Of a DNA stretch of 64,000 nt, positions 28,060 to 42,005 are shown in pieces. A program made the translations under genes and the position numbers. The first letter of the stretch is position 1. Each line of letters starts with the position of its first letter. The notes below the pieces were generated by a model that saw nothing but the letters and a program-made list of their open reading frames with translations, was not told the origin of the DNA and made no database searches. Source of the DNA: Lama guanicoe (taxonomy: Eukaryota); contig MU056050.1 of assembly GCA_013239625.1 (NCBI GenBank), positions 6,271,366 through 6,335,365 of the forward strand, given 5' to 3'.

Positions 28060-28995
28060 CTCTTTCCATCCTCACCGCGACCACCACACTCTGAGCCACC
28101 ACCAGCTCCTCATCTTCACCCTGAAGCAGCCTCCTGGCTGGTTTCCTTGGAGAAACTCAACATTCTCTGTATTGCAGGTAGTGATTTTTAAAAATGTAAA
28201 TCTAATCAAACTCTACCACTTACAAGCTGTTTGATCTTGAATTAAATTACTCAGGGCAAATTACTGAACCTCTCTATGCCTCAGTTTCCCTACCTGTAAA
28301 ATAGGTATGGAGTTCCACAGCTCCTAGGAGGATAATGAGCTAATCATTTTAAACAACTAAGAAGAATAAGCAACATAAGTAAGGACTAAGTAAGTATCTG
28401 CTGTTATGATTTCATCACCCGCCAAACCCTCTGCCTTAAAAATATCTCAAAGGTTTTCCTTTACTCTAAAGTTCAACCTAATTAGTATGACCTATAATTA
28501 ATGTTCAGTGGTCCACATGATCCGACTCAACCCGTTCACCAGTTTCATCTCAGGTCATTCTCCTCCTCACCACTCCCGAGCAGCACTGGCCTTCTTTCAG
28601 TTTCTCAAGGGGCAATCCCCCTTCCTACCACAACATCTTTGTACCTGTGGCTCCCCTACCTGAGTGCATCTCTCCCACACTTCACTTGGCCAATTCCTGT
28701 GCATCTTTCTTGATTTCAGCTTAAATGGTGATCCTTAGGGTCCCCCTCCCTGATCTCCCAATCCACATTAGATATCCAGAGTGTAACCTGGTTACACTCC
28801 CTCAAAGCACCCTTTGTAAACTCTGAAAACAAATAACATCTCTACTCTGTACTATCAGTTTAATGTCCGTCTCCTCTATTAGAATGTAGGTTTCATGTGC
28901 TGAGGAATGCTATCTGTCTTAATCTGCCAGTTTATCCTCCGAGCTTGGTATGGGACCTGGCACAGGGGGGCACTCAATAAATATGCATTAAATGA
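28060..28995 (+). mobile_element. L2 3' region with an embedded MIR (about 28210-28410)
   Basis: Ends cctggcacagggggcactcaataaatatgcattaaatgaa; MIR core aacctctctatgcctcagtttccctacctgtaaaat. Confidence 0.65.
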
Positions 28996-29529
28996 AAAAC
29001 AGCCCTCCTTTCACCCTGACTCACTCTTCTGTCACTCTTCTCGGGGAAGAGAGGAAGGGAAAACAGTAAGGTGCCATGGCGTGGGTCCCACGCCATCTTC
29101 CCTCTCCTCATTCATGCCTGTCCTCTCTTCTCACACCTTTCTCCTTCCTATCACCTTTCACAGCTGTCCCTTCAGCCCTCCCTCTCCTAAAGTTTCCTCT
29201 CCCCTCCATCTCCTTCCAGTTGGTCACCACCCAAACGTCAGGTAAGACCCCACCCCCAACCACAAACTGAGTGTAATGAAAGGCACTGTTTAGATTAAAA
29301 TCAGAGCCAGGATGAGAATGTGGTGGGTACGGTATTATCACAGGGAACAGAATTTCAGTATCTCCAAAGAAGGAGCATAAACAGTTATATTAGCAGAGAT
29401 GATTTGTTTATTGCTGCTACTTGACTACCACTTGGCTCACCTCCCAAACAACATGTCAAACCACTGTAAACACAGTCCTTATTTAGGACTGCAGAAAGAA
29501 GCAGGGTTATGTAACATGCAGAAATAGCC

Positions 29530-29770
29530 CAGAACGTCTGAGTGGAAAGAGCATAGCACTTGCACGCTGAGAACCTGTGTTTGAGACCAGCACCCTTGGC
29601 AACTCTGTTAGCTACCTGACCTTGAACAGCCATTAAACCTCTCTGAACTTCAGTTTCCTCACCTACTATATGGAGGTGATAATAACATCTATCTCACAGG
29701 GTTTCTTAGAAATCAAATGAACAATGTGGTAAAATATTTCTTCATTTATAAAATGCTCTACACAGATATT
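29530..29770 (+). mobile_element. MIR SINE
   Basis: tgaccttgaacagccattaaacctctctgaacttcagtttcctcacct. Confidence 0.65.
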
Positions 29771-29895
29771 TGGTTGATTACTAACTGAGGTCTAACATTT
29801 CAATTTCATTCTCCTTTCAAGTCTCAGCAGTAACAATTAATAAAAATAACAGAAATAATGACCTAAACTTAAAATTTTTTCTAATTCTTAGTGAC

Positions 29896-29921
<26 letters not shown>
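29896..29921. repeat. (TA)13 microsatellite
   Basis: Directly visible. Confidence 0.9.
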
Positions 29922-29926
<5 letters not shown>

Positions 29927-31234
29927 TTATCTCATGAAATCTTATTAACTACCCTATTAACTTTACCATTTTTATTTTACATCGTGAACCTGTAACTTGC
30001 CTGTTTCTTCTAACATATTGCTGTTTTCATTTTCTTTGAAACTGGTTTTATGCCTGGTCTCAATGTTCAACCATGGTTCATTTTACTCTTCTACAACTTC
30101 CTAAGAGGGATTTTATCCAGTCCTTTTGGTTAAATACATTTAAATTTAATCATATTTCCTTAACCAGATTATAATTAACCACTTATATTCACTGTAAGTC
30201 TCTTATTCTTATTTATATATATTTCCACTAATAGTCACTCTAACTTTCTTGTCCCTATTTATATATGTCTAAACTTTGGCACATAAATAGCAAGCAAAGG
30301 TTTTTTGCTCTACTTCAAATGACAACTCTCCAACTCTGGACAAATAGTAGAAACACTCTAGAGATCCACTTGGTTCCAAAATACTAACTAACTAAATATC
30401 TTATACATGTGGAGCTTTTCTAGGCACATTACAGCTACTAATCAAAATAACTGGCTATAGTTCCACTTGTGATAAAGGTTCACAAAATACTGTTTAAAAC
30501 GTAACTTCCAATTCATAAAATACAAATCTTCATCAAGTTATAAGTGTTAACAGTTTTACAATTTTGTTCATACTATTGATTATTACACCTTTGGTCATCC
30601 TTTTCCATTCACTAGAAAGTCAATTTCATCATATAGAAATAACCTGGTATGCCCAATCTCTTCATGTGATAGCTTTAGTACAACAAACATTAAATTTCAC
30701 TCACTATAAATGATTCCTATCTACCTATATAAATAAGAATTTTGAATTCCAAAAGGTCATTTTAAAATTATATAATTCATTATCTTGTTTATCATTATTT
30801 TAACACCTAAGTGATCGCAACCTACTAACCACCAACAGGGCTTTCATCAATCTATGAGCAATAAACACACAAATACTATTTCTGGGTCATTTTGAGGAAA
30901 ATAATAAAAAATTTCCTATCATCTATAATACATTCACTTCCAATTAAACACATACCTGTTGTTCATTCTACATATTCTTTGAGCACTTGAACACTAGCAT
31001 TATTAAAATAATATGTTATTATTACTATTTTCAAATATTAGACAATTCTCCTTTAATCCCATTTAGTGATGATGCTACTGGTGATTGGGCAGTCTGATGC
31101 TTTACTTCTAGTTAAACCTCCTCTTTGGTTTTAAAAACACCACTATTTTGATTTACTCTTAGGTTCATTCACATTAAAATGGAACGCTTCCTAGTCTAGT
31201 TCAAAAGATTATATTCGTTTAAAAGATTATATTA

Positions 31235-31396
<162 letters not shown>

Positions 31397-31641
31397 TTAT
31401 ATATATATTTGTTTCCAGTATATGAAGTGAACATACTTATCTTTTTAAATTTCTTTTCTATATAGAAAAATAAATACAATGGAATCCATTTATATGGCTG
31501 AGCCATGTCAAGTACTTTTCTGTACTGTTGCTGTATTTTAGGGACTAAGATGTAGCATTAATATAAGGAAATCTCAATCAGAGACCATGTTACATGAGAA
31601 TTCTGCTGTAGGACATAAACCCTGGCCTCATACTGTTTTAC

Positions 31642-31752
31642 CTTTGGAATCTTTGGCTCGCTGACGCGTAATGCCTCTCTGAAGTAGGCGTCCACCGCAT
31701 AGTTCGCTTTGCGTTCTCGTTTGGGAGGTTCAATCCATTCCACCATTCCAAG
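31642..31752 (-). CDS. SMARCA1: SMARCA1 exon 18: [37 protein letters not shown] (start of HAND; basic KRERK)
   Basis: tatag|CTT GGA ATG ... CCA AAG|gtaaaa; 111 nt. Confidence 0.96.
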
Positions 31753-31889
31753 CTATATACAGAAACAAGAATGAGGATTTTAATTACTCCAAACTGTTTT
31801 ATAAAAGTCAAGCACATCAAGGTTGTAGAAGCGAGAGAAAATCAAAGCCATTAGGAAGAATCAAAATTTGCTTTATAAAACTCTAATTA

Positions 31890-32460
31890 GAAAAGGTACA
31901 TGCACCTCAATGTTGACAGTAGCACTATTTACAATAGCCATTGTAATGACACTGAAATAACCCAAGTGCCCATCAACAGACGACTGGCTTAAGAAGATGT
32001 GGTATACAGATACACTGGAATATTACTAAGCCATAAAAAAGAATGAAATATTGGCATTTGCAGCAAAGTGGATGGACCTAGAGAATATTATACTTAGTGA
32101 AGTAAGACAGAGAAAGACAAATACTATATGATACCACTTATATGTGGAATGAAAATAATACAAAGGAATCTATATACAAAACAGAAACAGACTTCACAGA
32201 CAGAAAACTTATGATTACCAAATGAGAGAGGGAGGGAGGGAGGGATGAATTAGGAGTATGGGATTAACAGATACAAACTACTATATATAAAATAGATAAG
32301 CAACAAGGATTTACTGTATAGCACAGGAAATTGTGTTCAATATCTTGTAATGACCTATAATGGAATATAATCTGAAAAAAGTAACTGAATCACTTTATTA
32401 TATACTCGAAACTAACCCAATATTGTAAATCAACTATACTCCAACTTAAAAAAAACTTAA
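31890..32460 (+). mobile_element. Lineage-specific L1 3' end
   Basis: gatggacctagagaatattatacttagtgaagtaag...gtaaatcaactatactccaacttaaaaaaa. Confidence 0.85.
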
Positions 32461-35371
32461 CAAAAACAAAAACTTACTTTATATGTCACAATTATACATA
32501 CCAAATTCCAAAGCTCTGCACTGTATACCAAGTTTAGGTGCAAGTACAAGGATAGTTTTATTTTTCTTTTTTTTTTTTAAGTAATGGTGCCATTCTATTT
32601 GACCTTATCTGCAGGTTGTATTCTAACCTTGGTATATCAAGAGCGGATGATAAGCTAAGATGACTAGAATGGTTACAAACCTATAAATTCTCAGTGTCTA
32701 GAGAAGTAAAGACTAAAGACAAACAAAATAGTGGCATCCACATATGTAAAAGCCTATCAAATAGGAAAAAATCAGTTCTTTGTTGATTCATGAGATTAAA
32801 ACCAACGTGGAAAGTCAAAGGGAAGTAGACTGCCACTCGTTTCTGAGAACCAGAGAACATAAAACAGTGAAATGAAATATCCTGAGAGGAGTAAGAGTCC
32901 CAACATGATCACATTCGAACAGAGGCTAGATAACTGTCCTAGAAGCTATAGGTGAGATTTCTTAATTACAAAAAAGGTTAGATTAATTAAGGTCTCTTTT
33001 AATGCTAAGATTCCATGAGATATACTCACATATAGTATAATGTGAGTTTACGTAAAATGAGAAATACCCAGCACAGTGAAATGAGTTCTGTTTTGTTTTT
33101 CCCCTCAGAAGGATTAATGTGAGATGATAGTAATGGAAAAGATATTTTTACATAACCAATATTTTATTTGTCTCAATTGGAGTGAAAATAATAATAAATT
33201 AACTTTCTAGAAGTAATGTATTTGGCCATTTAACTTACACTTGCTTGAAAGTCTAGGTATTCAAATTTGAAGTATTAGAGGCCAATTAATGAACTTGCAA
33301 AACAGAATAAATCATGCTGAATTACTTTGTTTCAGATAAAGTACATTAACACAAACTTATTCAGATTAATTTATTCAGAATCAGTGTCACTTATGACTTA
33401 ATTCACAAGGTATGGTTATAAAGTAGTGCAACTGGTTCAACAAATCATATATGAAAATCTACCTCATTGTGCAATTCCCATAATATCTATGAACAATATT
33501 CTTTCAGGTTTTCAATTCTCTTCAAAAGATAATATGAACTTATTTTAAGAACCTATCTAGAAAATACAGAAAGACATAAATATAATCTCAACTCAGAATA
33601 TTCAGAAAAATTCTGATCTAATGAGGCATTCAATTATAAAAGCACAAGTCATCATTTTGTTATTAGTAAAATTTCCATATATCTGTACATCATTATTTTG
33701 CTAGAATTATAAGCACAGGAAAATCTGCTTTATTAAAAATAGACAATTGTAAAATGATTATAAATCAATAAAAAATGTTAAAAAAATTTTAAAAAAAAGT
33801 TTTCCCAATGTCCATGATAATAGAGGAATAAAGTTGTTTTTTCTCTGAAAAAAAAATAGATATTTTACTAAGCCTAATTTTCTTCTAAGAATGTAGATAA
33901 GAAGCTCCACTGATATTTAGATTCTTCGCTGTTTGATATTTTCCACTTTATAAAACACTCAAAACCAATAAGCCCACAGGAGTAACTGTAAAATTAATAA
34001 AATTTGTATCACATAATGAGATCTAAAAAGCATATTAGGAAGGCAGTTTCTACCCTGTGCATGCAGGCTATCACCTCATCAGAATAAACCATAAGTAGTC
34101 TGAATTAAGGTTATGGATAGAATAATCAGATAGATTTTGGTCAGATACTAAAACCTAACCAGAAATAACGGTAACAAAGTATTATCAGCATACTAGTTGC
34201 AATGCAAACTAAAATGGCTGACCTCTCACTTTTCAGTAAAATCAATACCCAAGAATAAGCTTTTTTAGTGTTAATAAAATTTATTCTGCCAGTTAAAAAA
34301 TAACAGCTTTATAGAACAATTTGAGTAACAAAATTAAAATGAAAGAATTGCATTATTAACTCAAAAAAATAAAATAAATATCCTTAAGCCCATGCTGATA
34401 TAAATAAACGAGTGCATAAATAAAATGGGGAGAAAGGACAGATCTTCCCTATAGAAAAATTCCAATTAATAAATGTAGATGGAATGAAGGAAACACAAGC
34501 CATTAGGTAAACACCACAATAATAACTATTGCAGGCAAACTCCACCAAAAGATGCTAAAACCAGTGGGTAAAAGTTTGAGGAGTATCTCCCCCAAGATAT
34601 TTATCAATTACAATGGGAAAAATGGTAACTTTACAATGGAAAAACCCAGCAGACACCACCTCAACTAAGTGATTAAGGTTAACATCCCCAGTAACATGAC
34701 ATAGTGACATCGTATGCTCCCTGGTAGGATGTACTGAAAAAGACGTAATATCCCTTCCAAGGCATTCTTGCCAAAAATGTACAACCTCAATCAAATCATG
34801 AGAAAATGTCAGACAAACCCAAAGTGAGAGAGAAACTACAAGACAACTGACCAATACTTTTCAAAAGTGTCAAGGTCATGAAAGACAAAGAAAGCCTGAG
34901 AACTGTCACCGATGAGAAGAGACCAAGGAGACACACCAACAAAATGCAATGTGGGTCAAGAGAATGAGAAGACAAACCACAGACTGGGAGAAAGCGTTTG
35001 CAAAACACACATCTGATAAAGGACTGTTATCCAAAATATACAAAGAACTGTTAAAACTCAATAATAAGAAAATCACCAACCTGATTTTAAAATGGGCAAA
35101 GGATCTGAACACATACCTCTTCAATGAAATATACAGATGGCAAATAAGCAAATGAAAAGATGTTCAACATCATATGTCATCAGTGAAATGCAAATTAAAA
35201 CAAAGATATAGTACTACACACCTACTAGAATGGCAAAAATCCAGAACACTGACAACACCAAATGCTGGAGAGAATGTGGAGCAACAGGAACTCTCATGCA
35301 CTGCCCACAAGAATGCAAAAACAGTATGGCGACTTTCAGACAAGTTGGCAGTTTCTTACAAAATTAATCAC

Positions 35372-37230
35372 CTTTTTTATTGACGTATAGTCAGTTTACA
35401 ATGTTGCGTTTAATTTCTGGTGTACAGCATAGTGACATTTGTGTGTGTGTGTGTGTGTGTGTGTATTCCTTTTCATATTCTTTTTCATTATAGGGTATTA
35501 CAAGGTATTGAATTTAGTTTCCTGTGTTATACAGTAGGACATTGCTGTTTATCTATTTTACATGTAGTAGTTAGTATCTGCAAATTCCAAACTCCCAATT
35601 TATCCCTCCACCCTTCTTTCCCCCGCTAACCATAAGTTTGTTTTCTATGTCTGTGAGTCTATTTCTGTTTTGTAAATAAGTTCATTTGTGTCATTTTTTA
35701 AAAGACACATATAAGTGATATGGTAATTTTCTTTCTCTTTCTGGCTTACTTCACTTAGGATGATGATTGCCAGGTCCAACTATGTTGCTGAAAATGGCAT
35801 TACTTTATCCTTTTTATGGTTGAATAATATTCCATTGTATGTGTGTAGTTATATGTATCACATATTCTTTATCCAATCATCTCTCAGTGGACATTTAGGT
35901 TGCCTCCATGCCTTGGCTTTTACAAATAGTGCTGCTATGAACACTGGGGTGCATGTATCTTTTTGAATTAAGAGTTCCTTCCAGATATTTATGCCCGACA
36001 GTAGGACTGCTGGATCATATAAGTCTATTTTTAGCTTTTAAAGGAATCACCATACTGTTTTCCATAGCAGCTGCACCAAACTACATTCCCACTAACAGTG
36101 TAGGAGGGTTCCCTTTTCTCCACAGCCTCTCCAGCATTTGTTGTTTGCGGACTTTTTAAATGATGGCCATCCTGACTGGTGTGAGACGGAACCTCATTGT
36201 AGTTCTGATTTGTATTTCTCTGGTAATTAGCAACATTGAGCATTTTCTCATGCGCCTAACTGGCCACTTGTATGTCTTCACTGGAGAAATGTTTGTTTAG
36301 GTCTTCCACTCATTTTTTGATTAAGTTGTTTTTTTGTTATGGCATTGTATGAGCTGTTTGTATATTCTGGAAATTAAGCCCTTATCAGTTGCATCATTTG
36401 CAAATATTTTCTCCCATTCCATAGGTTGTCGTTTTGTTTTGCTTATGGTTTCTTTTGCTGTGCAGAAGCTTATAAGTTTAATTAGGTCCCATTTGTTTGT
36501 TTTTGCTTTTATTTCTATTGCCTGGGCGGACTGCCCTAGGAGAGCAGTGCTAAGACTTATGTCAGAGAAGGTTTTCGTATGTTTTCTTCTAGGAGGTTTA
36601 TAGTGTCTCATGTCATGTTTAAGTCTTTAAGCCATTTTGACTTTATTTTTGTGTATGGTGTGAGGGAACATTCTAACTTCAATGATTTACATTCGACTGT
36701 CCAGCTTTCCCAACATCACTTGAAGAGGCTGTCTTTTCTCCATTGTATATTATTGCCTCCTTCACCAAAGATTAATTGATCAGAGATGTGTGAGTTTATT
36801 CCTGGGCTCTCTTTTCTGTTCCATTGATCCATGTATCTGCTTTTGTGCCAGTACCACCCTGTTTTGATTACTATAGCTCTGCAGTATTACCTGAAGTCTG
36901 AGAGGGTTATTTCTCTAGCTTCATTCTTTTTCTTCAGTATTGCTTTGGCAATTCTGGGTCTGCTCTGATTCAATATAAATTTTAGGATTATTTGTTCTAG
37001 TACTGTGAAAAATGTCCTGCGTAATTTGATAGGGATCGCATTAAGTCTGTAGATTGCTTTGGGTACTATGGCCATTTTAACAATATTAATTTTTGCAATC
37101 TAAGAGCATGGGATATCTTTCCATTTCTTTAAATCATCTTTAATTTCCTTAATTGGCATTTTATAGTTCTCTGCATATAAGTCTTTCACCTCCTTGGTCA
37201 GGTTTATTCCAAAATATTTTTTTGACACAA
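35372..37230 (-). mobile_element. Young 5'-truncated L1 of about 1.85 kb (ORF2 C-terminal part plus 3' UTR), sense to the gene; (TG)n at 35440-35464
   Basis: Minus-strand ORFs 36321..36611 and 36887..37075 are L1 ORF2-like; T-run and tttatt at the left end. Confidence 0.85.
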
Positions 37231-38205
37231 TAAAGTTACACATATTCTTACCATACAATCCAGCAATCGTGCTCCTTGGGATTTAACCAAAGGAGTTGAA
37301 AGTCTATGTCCACCCAAAAACCTGCACATGAATGTTTATGGCAGCTTTACTCATAACTACAAAAACTTGGAAGTCATCAGGATGTCCTTCAGTAGATGAA
37401 TGCATAAATAAACTGTAGTACATCCAGAAAATGGAGTATTACTCAGCACTATAAAGAAATTAGCTATCAAGCCATGAAAAGATATGAAGGAACTTTAAAT
37501 GCGTATTACTAAGTGAAAAAAGTCAATCAGAAAAGGCTACATACAGTATGATTCCAACTATATGACACTCAGAAAGGGCAAAACTATGGAGATAGTACAA
37601 AGATCAATTGCTGCCAGGGGTTAAGGGGAGAGAGGGATTAACAGGCAGCACACAAAGAGTGTTTTTATGGTAGCAAAACTATTCTGGATGATATTATAAT
37701 GGTGGATACCACTCATTTATACATTTGTCCAAACCCACAGACTGTACAACACCAAAAGTGAACCCTTATTAAACAATGGACTTTGAATGATAATGATGTG
37801 TCAATGTAGGTTCCACTGTAACAAACATACCACACTGGTGTGGGATGTTGATAGTGGAAGAGGCTGTGGGGTGTGGGGCAGAAGGAATATGAGAACTCTT
37901 TGTATTTTCCACTTGATTTTGTTTTGAACCTAAAACTGCTCTTAAAACTAAAACTCTGCTTTTTAAAAATTGCAAAGTGGGATCCTGGATTATAAACCCT
38001 GGAACAGGGAAAGGAAATTAGGGGGAAAACATGTTAACTTCCTGGATTTGATCATTGTACTATGACTAAGTAAACTGTTAATATTAGGGGAAGCTGATGG
38101 AGAGGGTGTGGAGGAAAGGGGACTCTCCTATACTGTTGGTGGGAATGTAAACTGGTGGAGCCATTATGGAAAACAGTATGCAGATTCCTCAAAAAACTAA
38201 AACTA

Positions 38206-38437
38206 TATGGTATTGGAGGGTGGGAAGGGATAGACTGGGATTTTAAAATTGTAGAATAGATAAACAAGATTACACTGTATAGCACAGGGAAATATACACA
38301 AAATGTTATGATAACTGACAGAGAAAAAAATGTGACAATGAGTGTGTATATGTCCATGAATGACTGAAAAATTGTGCTGAACACTGAAATTTGACACAAC
38401 ATTGTAAAATGATTATAAATCAATAAAAAATGTTAAA
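38206..38437 (+). mobile_element. Very young L1 3' end inserted into another L1
   Basis: Exact 15-bp target duplication aaaaaactaaaacta (38191-38205, 38438-38452). Confidence 0.85.
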
Positions 38438-39467
38438 AAAAAACTAAAACTAGAGTTGGCATATGATCCAGCAGTCCCACCCCTCAAACTAGAGAAAACT
38501 CTAATTTGAAAAGATACAAGTACCACAATGTTCACAGCAGCACTACTTACAGCAGCCAAGACATGGAAGAAACCTAAATGTCCATCGACAGATGAATGAA
38601 TATATATGATACACAAGATATGGTATATATACAATAGAAAACTATTCAGTCATAAATGAAGAATGAAATAATGCCATTTGCAGCAACATGGATGGACCTA
38701 GAGATTATCATACGAAGTGAAGTAAGTCAGACAGAAAGATAAATATCATATCACTTACATGTTGAATCTAAAATAATGACACAAATGAACTTATTTATAA
38801 AACAGAAACAGACTCACAGACATAGAAAACAAACTTATAGTTACAATAAAGGGAAAGGGTGGGAGAGGGATAAATTAGGAGTTTGGGATTAACAGATACA
38901 GACTACTATGCATAAAACAGATAAACAACAAGGTCCTACTGTATAGCATACAGAAATATATTCAATATCCTGTAATAAACCATAATGGAAAAGAAAAAAA
39001 ATAAAGCTTCTAAAATCCTTTTTAAAAACATTAGGGAAAGCTGAGTGAAGGATATATGTGAACTCTGTACTATTTTTTGCAGTAAAGTCTAAAGTCATTT
39101 CAAAATTAAAAGTTTTTAAAATTAAAGCCATAATTTTAGTTTAAACAAAATAAACTACCATTTCTTCAAAAAACCTTTATTGTCCATGAAGTATAATATG
39201 ACAAGGCATTATCTTATAAATGAGACCACCTGTAGCAAAGTCCTTCTGGCATTTAAATAATTATATGTTAACAATATTGTTACTAATACAATTAACACTA
39301 AGTGCCACACATTTTGTTCTAATTACTCTATGCTGTAGTTACTACAACCTCCATTTGATAGGTGAAAAAACTGATTACCCAAAGTCACTTAATTAGTGAC
39401 ACAGTTGTGATTCCAGCTTCAGAATCTAGGAACTCAACCACAATCCTATATTGCTTCTCAAAAACAA

Positions 39468-39560
39468 AAGTAGTGGTAGTAGTAGTAGCAAAAATAGCAA
39501 AAATGATAATAATAATAATAATGATAATGATAATAATAATAATACAATAACAATAATAAA
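39468..39560. repeat. Compound (TAG)n/(AAT)n simple repeat
   Basis: Directly visible; source of spurious poly-V/I/Y ORFs. Confidence 0.85.
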
Positions 39561-39730
39561 CCAGCAAAATACATTAAAGTTAGCCCTTGGATAAGATCAT
39601 TTTGACCTACATCACTTTCATTGTATAGCAGAGTATTGTAACAGGTAAGTGCCAATGTTTTTACTAATACATAATTGTTATGGAAAGAAATGCTAATCTG
39701 AGCATATAATGGTTGAGGGTAAAAAGTTAC

Positions 39731-39850
39731 CTTCTGTTTTTCTCTATAATCTTCTCCTTCAAACTTGTACAAACTTTGTTCAGTGTCCATTCTAAAATTT
39801 CTCAGAGAAGACTCTCCCATTTTCTGCAAGCGTTCATTCATCTCTGCAGT
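39731..39850 (-). CDS. SMARCA1: SMARCA1 exon 17: [40 protein letters not shown]
   Basis: ttttag|ACT GCA ... CAG AAG|gtaact; 120 nt. Confidence 0.96.
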
Positions 39851-40204
39851 CTAAAATTGAATGCATTGAAATTAGAAATTTATCACTGAAGTTACTTATA
39901 AAAATCTGTGGATTCTCTACCTTTTTAAAAATCAGTTTCTGACATGAAATATCCAATCTGTTAATTTACAAGGTAAGAATGCAATGCTAACATCAAACTT
40001 GAACATAAATTTAATTTGCCCCAAGTATTTTAAATACTTAAATGGTTCTTACAAAATGTTCTCTTTTAGGCTTTTTTTAAAATCTTTTATCATTGAAGAT
40101 GCAGCCATTACTATTTTAACCATAAAGGCAAACTTGGATTAAACAACATTTTGCACACTAATATGAAACATACTAACACAAGACTGCTCAAAATTCAACA
40201 TACG

Positions 40205-41545
40205 GTCTCAGATATATGAAAAGGTGCTCAATATCACTAATCACCAGGGACATGCAAATCAAAGCCACCATGAGATATCATCTCACACCTGTTAGAATGG
40301 CTATTACCAAAAAGACAAGAAATAACAAGTGTTAGTGAGGATGTGAAGAAAAAGGAACCCTTGTGCACTATTGGTGGGACTGTAAATTGGTACAGCCACC
40401 ATGGAAAGCAGTATGGAGGTTCCTCAAAAAAATTAAAAACAGAACTATCATACAATCCAGCAATTCCACTCTTGGATATTTATCTGAGGGAAATAAAGAC
40501 ACTAACTAGAAAAGATACCTGCACCCCTATGTTTGTTGCTGCATTATTTACAACAGCCAAGGCATGGAAACAACCTAAGTGTCCGCTGATGGATGAATGA
40601 ATAAAGAAAGTGTGGTGTCTATGTATACAGTGGAATATTACTCAGCCATAAAAGAAGGAAATCCTGCCATTCGTGACAACACAGATGGAACTTGAGGCTA
40701 TTATGCTAAGTGAAATAAGTCAGACAGAGAAAGACGAATACCATGTGATCTCACTGACACGTGGAATCTAAGAAAAAGCAAACCAAACTCACAGATACAG
40801 GGAACAGACTGGCTGGTTGCCAGAGGTGGGGGGTGGGAGGTCAGTTACAAAACGAAAAATCTTGGGGATGTAACATAAATATATGGATGAATATACATAG
40901 ATACCTAGATATAGATCCTCAGACACAGAAAAAATACAGTCTGAAAAGTAAATCCAACCAATTTACAGGAAATACAGTAAATAAGTAAACATGGTAAAAT
41001 ACCCCAGGGGGCTGGAATCAGCTAAATCCAGACTGTGAGCACTCAAAAGGCAAATAATCCACTTTCTTCACCAAACAAATTATAAGGGAAATAATATATA
41101 AATGGAGGAAGAGCCTACAGATTAAAAAAAGATAGATGACGGATCAACCAATAACATATGGACCTTACATGCATTCTGATCTTTAAAAAAAGAAACCTTT
41201 TTTTAAAAGCATTAGCTATTTATGAGATAACTGGAAATATGAATACTACTGGTTATTTGATGTTAAAGAATTTTGGGGGGTTTTCAGGTGGGATAATGCC
41301 ATAATGATTATGTTTTTAAAGAGTTCTTATATTTTAGATATACATAGTGAAATATTAACAGCTGAAATGACATGTCTGAGATTTGCTCCAAGATAATCCA
41401 GGGAAGGAGGAAGATGAACTGGGAGTGTGAATGGTGCAGAACTGGTTGATGGTTGTTGGAAATGGATGATAAATACATGGGGGTTCATCACACCATTCCG
41501 TACACCTTTGCTTATGTTTGAAATTATCCATAATAATTTGTGAAA
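40205..41545 (+). mobile_element. L1 ORF2 C-terminus and 3' UTR (L1MA-like) joined to an older L1MC/ME-like 3' segment
   Basis: ORF 40343..40600 contains YNPAIPLLDIY...TCTPMFVAALFTTAKAWKQPKCP. Confidence 0.8.
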
Positions 41546-42005
41546 AAAAGGTAAATTCAACACAAAATCGCAATATTCCAAAACAGCTTATTATACTTAA
41601 ACAAATAATGCTTTAATATTTAATGAAATATTCACAAAAGACTTTGAGGTAACACAATGTATCAGCAGACAATTTCAAATCCCATGCAAAAAAAAGGTTA
41701 TAAAAATGCAGTCCTGATACATATGATTAAACACAAAATTTATTTGACTTTTAAGTAAAGTAAATACCAACATTGTAATCATGAGGTATAAGGTCATTCC
41801 GTTTCAAACTCTGGTTCTTAGTCTTTCTCATCAAAAATTAAACTAAATAAATTCTGAATTACTTGTGGATATAAATCTACAAATTCTTATAGAGAATATC
41901 AGTCGTTTGAAACATGCATTTGAAACAACACAATACAATAAGCACACACACTGAAGTATGCTGATCTTAAATCCATAGTGAAAACAAAATGCCATTTTAA
42001 CTAAC

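Larger units (their letters stand above)
34330..39125. mobile_element. Nested L1 cluster: old L1MC-like host (+), L1MA/MB-like insert (+), younger L1 inserts (- and +)
   Basis: ORF2-like peptides WEKAFAKHTSDKGLLSKIYKEL (+, ORF 34949), WDLIKLISFCTAKET and [13 protein letters not shown] (-, 36321-37075); host sequence resumes after each insert. Confidence 0.8.

Noticed and set aside
31642..31752. Internal splice sites for a reported NLS-lacking isoform of exon 18
   Set aside because: I could not place convincing internal splice sites from the sequence alone
34949..37075. Several ORFs with L1 ORF2-like peptides
   Set aside because: Fragmented, 5'-truncated L1 relics, not intact genes
39362..39567. 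ORFs with poly-V/I/T/Y runs
   Set aside because: Translations of (TAG)n/(AAT)n microsatellites
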